Source of the DNA: Somniosus microcephalus
Taxonomy: Eukaryota
DNA length: 64,000 bases
NCBI GenBank assembly: GCA_052327205.1
Contig: CM126211.1
Coordinates: forward strand, 234,918,001 to 234,982,000
Direction: 5' to 3'
Numbering within the stretch: position 1 is the first letter of the stretch; each line of letters begins with the position of its first letter. The translations under genes were made by a program, and so were the position numbers. Below the pieces are notes generated by a model. It was not told the DNA's origin and did not search any database. It was given only the letters and a program-made list of their open reading frames with translations. Below, piece by piece: positions 59,001 to 64,000 of the stretch.

Positions 59001-61590
59001 GCCTCCACAGCAGGTCGTATCGTGTAAGGTACCGATCTGGCTTTGAAAAATTTTGGGTTTGCATGTTCTGCAATCTGGATTTTTGCCTTAATTCCTCTGT
59101 GTTCCCAGTCCCTGCTGGAATACCTCTTTAGCCTCGTCCAATATTCTGGACAACCGTTCAGGTTTGACATCTTTCTTTCCGAAATCTACCGTCATTGTGT
59201 TTAGTGAGTGCCAGTCTATCTTTATTTTCCTGATCCACTCCCGTCCCAGAAGTGGTGGACCTCCCTCGGGTAGTACATATAAGTCCATTCCTTGGTGATC
59301 TTTGCCCTTGTGTCTCACCTTGACTATTATCTTTCCGATGGGGTATACTTTATGCCCCGTGTATGTCTGCAATACTATCTCCGTATCCCGTAGGGGAATA
59401 TGTTTGAATAACTTTTTGTAATCTTGTTTATTCATGACCGTCAACGCCGATCCGGTGTCCACTTCCATCTTTACTTGGACTTTTGCAATCTGCAGTGTGA
59501 CCCAGATAGTTTGTCGGTCAGCTTCTTTACTCACATTGTGAATCCTCAGACTACCCAGTTCCTTGCTGTTGGGGTCTGAATCCGAATTCAGTTCATCTGG
59601 ACTCTTCACAGTCACCTTATGTACCTTTCTGTACTTCTTCTGCGGTGACTTATTGTTGCTGGTCTTCTTTCCTGACCGGCATACTTTAGCTATGTGACCA
59701 AGTTTGCCACATTTTCTACATTCCTGGTTTTTAAACCAGCATTGGTTCTGGTTGTGTGTTGTCTTCCCACAACGGTAACATTTCGTTGTACCCGAAGTCA
59801 TTTGATCCACATTGAGTACCGCTGTCTTCAGCTGCATTTCCGCCGTGCCTCTCGCTGCGGCTTTGTGCGATGCTGCAATAAGGACAGCCTTATTAAGTGT
59901 AAGATCGTTCTCTTCGAGCAGTCGCTTTTGTGTTCCTTCCTTCGACATCCCGCACACGAACTTGTCTCTCAGTGCCTCTGTCGGATTTACCCCAAACTGA
60001 CAGTATTTTGCTAGCCTACGCAGTTCAACCAGGTACTCCGCGTTGCTTTCCTCCTTTAGTTGCGTTCTCCCGTAAAATGTAGCTCGTTCCGCTAACATCA
60101 GCGGTGTGGGGTTCACATGATCCTTCAGGACAGCAACAATATTAGCGAAAGACTGATCCGCCGGTTTAGCTGGTGATAGAAGATGCTTCAATAACCCGTA
60201 TGTCTTCGCACCCATTGAGTTTAGTAAGGTTAGAGCTTTATCATAATTTGCTATCTTATTGACCTTACAATATATTTCGATGCGTTCTACATACGTGGTC
60301 CAATCTTCCACATCAGAATCGAATTCGTTGATGTTGCCACGCTTAGGCATCTTCGCAATCTTCCTGAGAAACAACAACGAAATTTTTCTTTAACTTTTTT
60401 TTTCAAAAATGGCGGTTTCCCGCGCTTGTCTTCTTCCCCGCCCACTTTCAAAATGGCGGTTTCCCGCTCCTGTCTTCTTCTCCGCCTACTGGCGGGAGGG
60501 GTAAGCTTTTCCCTCGGGCGACGACCGCTGGCTTTCGGGGTTCGCAGCCTGCGCGCCGGCTTCAGTGCGTTCTTTGTTCCCTTTTCTCGGCAGGGCAACC
60601 GGCGCTGGGGACAACCCGTTGACGGCGAACAGTTCCAGCCGCTGGCTGAATCTCCTCGGTCTCCCTCGCTCGGCTCTGTCTCTCCCGCTCGCTCGGGCTC
60701 TGTCTCTCCCTCAGCGGCTTCCAATCGCGCCTCCCAGCCCTCTCGCAGTCCGGTCCTTTCCTCCTCCGGCTGCGGCTGAGTTCTCCGCGGTTTCTTATTT
60801 TTATTTCTTCCCGCGCCTTACGATCCCGGTCGCAGCGCCTCGCGGCCTCGGTAGCTGCCCGGCCTTTCGCCGGTCGTGGTCGAGCTGTCTCACGACGCTG
60901 TTGCGTCTCCCAGCCCGCTTGTAGCCCGGTCTCTCACACCGGCTGCGTTCCCGCTGGTAGCCCGGTCTCTCACACCGGCTGCGTTCCCGCTTGCACCGCG
61001 GCTTCCGTGCCCCACGCTACCCCAGTCTCGGCGCCTCTGGGCCCGACTTCTGTCCGGCTCCTTTCCCCCCCGACCGTGGTCGAGTTCACCGCCCTTCCTC
61101 CGTTCTTTTTTTTAATTTTCCCCCTACTCACAGTCAACGTGGCCGACTTGCTTCTCGTGGCTGATCGGCTCACTCACCACCGTGGCAGAAGGGACGATCA
61201 CTGCCTGTTGCTGATGGAAGGCTTCGTGTCTGAATTCTTCCTTCTTCCTTGCTCTGCAGACTCGAGTCTTCTCTCAGCAGAATGACGAGGGCGGGTGCCT
61301 CCTCTCGACGCTCGTTAACTGCTTCGGATGTATCGCTGCCGCAGGGTAAGATCGAACTCGTCGCCACTGTAAAGTCTGTGGGTTATATGGTGAATTAATA
61401 CACAGACTACAAGAGTAACTTTAACAGGACTTTACTATTCGAAGGTCAGGGCGAATCTGCCCAATCAATCCTTACACCGCACTTATATACCGGTGTGGTC
61501 ACCACCGGTATTACAGTATACAGCAGCCAAGACAAAGTAGTGCAACCCTTAAAATAGTTCTCTTAAAGGTGGAACGTTACATACACTACA
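56078..61590 (-). mobile_element. Ty3/Gypsy LTR retrotransposon (Mag-like), complete, recent
   Basis: 223-bp LTRs at 56078-56300 and 61368-61590 (1 mismatch); TSD AGAAT; PBS TGGCGACGAG (61366-61357); PPT AAAAAGGGAGGA next to the 3' LTR. Confidence 0.96.
56384..60350 (-). pseudogene. gag-pol of the second Gypsy element (two lesions)
   Basis: ATG at 60350 (MPKRGN); two CCHC knuckles; VDTGSA protease; frameshift near 59100; YLDD RT; TGA at 58046-58048 (AFAS*SLT); HHCC and DDE integrase. Confidence 0.92.
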
Positions 61591-62403
61591 AGAATGACAT
61601 CTGATCTATGAGACCTCCCTCCCCCCCAAAAGCCTCTTGAAAAGTTAGCTCTGTGACCAGGTCTTCAGTCACCACCCCTAACTCTTCGATTGTTGCTCAG
61701 GGAAGCACTTGGCGATATTTGCTGTGTTCGAAGGGATTGTATGAATGCAGGTTGTTCCTTTGATTTGGATGGTGGGGAAAATGCCACTCTGAGTTCCCAG
61801 CTCGGAAGAGATGCCAGGGTGAATGCAGGCTGGTGATCGGGCTGACACTGGCAGCCCTGCTTGTGTGTGTTTAGGTTCATATTCCAGAGTTAGATCCATG
61901 GAGATGGCTTTTCATCTCTCGTGCTCCCCACAAGTCTACCTTTGCTCGCTGTCGAATCACGATTCTCTTTTCAGAGCCTTGATCGAGTCTGTAATCATTG
62001 CATTTAGTGACACTTTGATTAACGCGTGATTTACTGAGTTTTGTGTAGCCGTCGTGCTTTCTACACAACTGAACATTGTCTGTACACTCAGACCCTGCTT
62101 AAACCATCCTCGATTCTGCAGCAGACTCGCCAGCAATCCCTCGCTTCCGGTGGGTTAAGCCGTACAATTACCACAACCATTAATCACCATCATCTGCTTC
62201 CTAGTTCTCAGCCTATTCATTATCCAATTTTCTACCTCCTTCAAAAGCTTTCATTTCAGTCTTGAGTCTCATTAATGGAGCAGCCTGAGTTGGCCCCATG
62301 CCTTGGGAAGGGAGTAAAAAAGCTTATGAGAGAATTTTGTGCATGGGCTGAGGAGATGCTGTAAGATTTGGTGTTTAATTCTCAGCCCTGGTGGTATTAA
62401 TGT

Positions 62404-62525
62404 GCCCTGGAGCACAGTGGGTGCAGACGCTGTCTGATGGAAAGGTATTTACAGGGCCCTGGAGCACAGTGGGTGCAGACGCTGTCTGATGGAAAGGTAT
62501 TTACAGGGCCCTGGAGCACAGTGGG
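62404..62525. repeat. 52-bp direct repeat, about 2.3 copies
   Basis: GCCCTGGAGCACAGTGGGT starts at 62404, 62456 and 62508. Confidence 0.88.
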
Positions 62526-62699
62526 TTAGTGTTTACCCTTCCACCTCTGGGAGCCCGGCAATGGTGGGCGGTGCCCATTCCCTGTGCCTACCTCTGAGGG
62601 TCCTGAACAAAATGACTTTGCGAGTCTCAGTCTGGTTGATGAGCGTGTGGGCCAACAGCACAAAACTGACCTAATTTTGCCAGACAAGTGACTGGAAAT

Positions 62700-62995
62700 G
62701 AAGAGCTGGTACCAGTAAAAGTGACCATGAAGCTGTCGGATTGTTGGAAAAACCCATCTGGTTCACTGACGTCCTTCAGGGAAGGAAAGCTGCCATCCTC
62801 ACCCGGTCTGGGCCTATCGGTGACTCCAGTCCCACACCAAGGTGGTTGACTCCTAACCGCCCTCTGGAGTGGTCACTCAGTTCTATCAAACCCGCGGTTC
62901 AAGGCGGCGGCTCACCACCACCTCCTCGGGGCAACTAGCGATGGGCAATAAATGCCGGCCTTGCCAGCGACACCCACATCCCAAGAATGAATATT
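62700..62995 (+). mobile_element. 3' part of the tRNA-derived SINE family seen at 15521-16531
   Basis: AAAACCCATCTGGTTCACT...GGAAGGAAA.CTGCC; tail GGGCAATAAATGCCGGCCTTGCCAGCGACACCCACATCCCAAGAATGAAT. Confidence 0.78.
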
Positions 62996-63136
62996 TTTAT
63001 TAAAGTCTCTTGGTGATGAATGTCAAATATAACAAAAGAAACTTTTCAATTAAAGATTAAATTAAATAATAAATGAATCCCTCCTCCCCCCCCCCCCCGT
63101 TCTCCTCCTCAGCTCTGATCTTTACCTTGTGTTTGA

Positions 63137-63298
<162 letters not shown>

Positions 63299-63797
63299 TG
63301 ATGTGCCCCCTCGAGCCTTAAACCCGTCACCCACCAATTATTCCTTTCGAGGGGAGGGTGTGGGTAACCATGGGCTAACGTCGCTGCTCGTGTCTCGGGT
63401 AGCTGCAATGATGTGGGTCAGGGAGGGGGCATCTATCCCGAAATCTCCTGATTTGTTGTGAACTGTGAACATTTATTAATGATGTCCTTTGATGACGCTC
63501 TGCACCGCATGCTCGCCATCTCTCTCCTGCCCCTCGCTCCCGAGCTCTGACTCCCACACACGCTCTGAAGCACTGGCGGCTCTTTTAATTCCGATGCTTT
63601 GTTGCTTCCTCTTTGGAAGAAGAGGGGGCTGAGTGCAGACTCTGCTTTCAGCGCCTGCACACCTCTCTGCGACAGGGTGTTTGTGTCCCTGGTTGGAGCG
63701 CAGCCTGCGAGCGTGGTTATTATACGGCCTGTCCTGTCCCAACATTACTGCTCTGGAGTTCATGGAGCGCCTGCTGATGTGAAGCAGGTGACCAGGG

Positions 63798-64000
63798 TGA
63801 CGTAAGGAAACTACTAGGCACTTGGTCTAAGCATTAAACAAAGCTTTAATCAACTATTTTACAACATGGAGGTCTAGTTGTGTCCTTCACTAGTTCCTGT
63901 TAAGAATGTCCTGCGCAAGCTGGGCCCAGGCTTGAGTATTTATACTCTCCCTGAACAGCGCCACCCGCAGGCCGCTCAGTTGATTCAAGTCACAGGGCTT
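63798..64000 (-). mobile_element. LTR related to the 54531 solo LTR, truncated by the window end
   Basis: Shared blocks ACTACT...CTTGGT, TCACTAGTTCCTG, GCAAGCTGGGCCCA, GAGTATTTATACTC, GCCACC..C.GGCCGC. Confidence 0.7.

Noticed and set aside
60661-60672. CTCCCTCGCTCG match between the Gypsy leader and the 40-bp unit
   Set aside because: About 12 nt of low-complexity GC-rich sequence; chance match likely

Overview
Eukaryotic, repeat-dense genomic DNA. The repeat families (DeuSINE/SacSINE1-like SINE, CR1, L2, RTE, Rex1, Penelope-type inverted repeat) point to a cartilaginous fish (shark); the taxon is an inference. The only host gene seen is a STIM1-type gene on the + strand, with four internal coding exons (6991-7121, 30112-30226, 32049-32160, 63145-63260; 131/115/112/116 nt, all AG/GT) encoding the luminal EF-hand/SAM region. 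The rest is intron: many CR1/L2/RTE/Rex1 fragments (often nested), two near-complete but disabled Ty3/Gypsy LTR elements with 5-bp TSDs, a solo LTR, two N gaps and a very heavy minisatellite load. Main observations: (1) a 33-bp unit has expanded at the same internal position of eight separate DeuSINE copies, and a 55/56-bp unit has expanded from L2 ORF2; (2) both have a GGGGCAGT junction absent from their parent sequences, and the motif recurs in other unrelated arrays; (3) a unique island between two giant arrays looks like an antisense TATA/Inr promoter with a 19-nt first exon; (4) a Penelope-type inverted repeat carries hammerhead-ribozyme cores. Most long ORFs in the supplied track are tandem-repeat artefacts. 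No searches were run: family names come from motif recognition and copy numbers are approximate.
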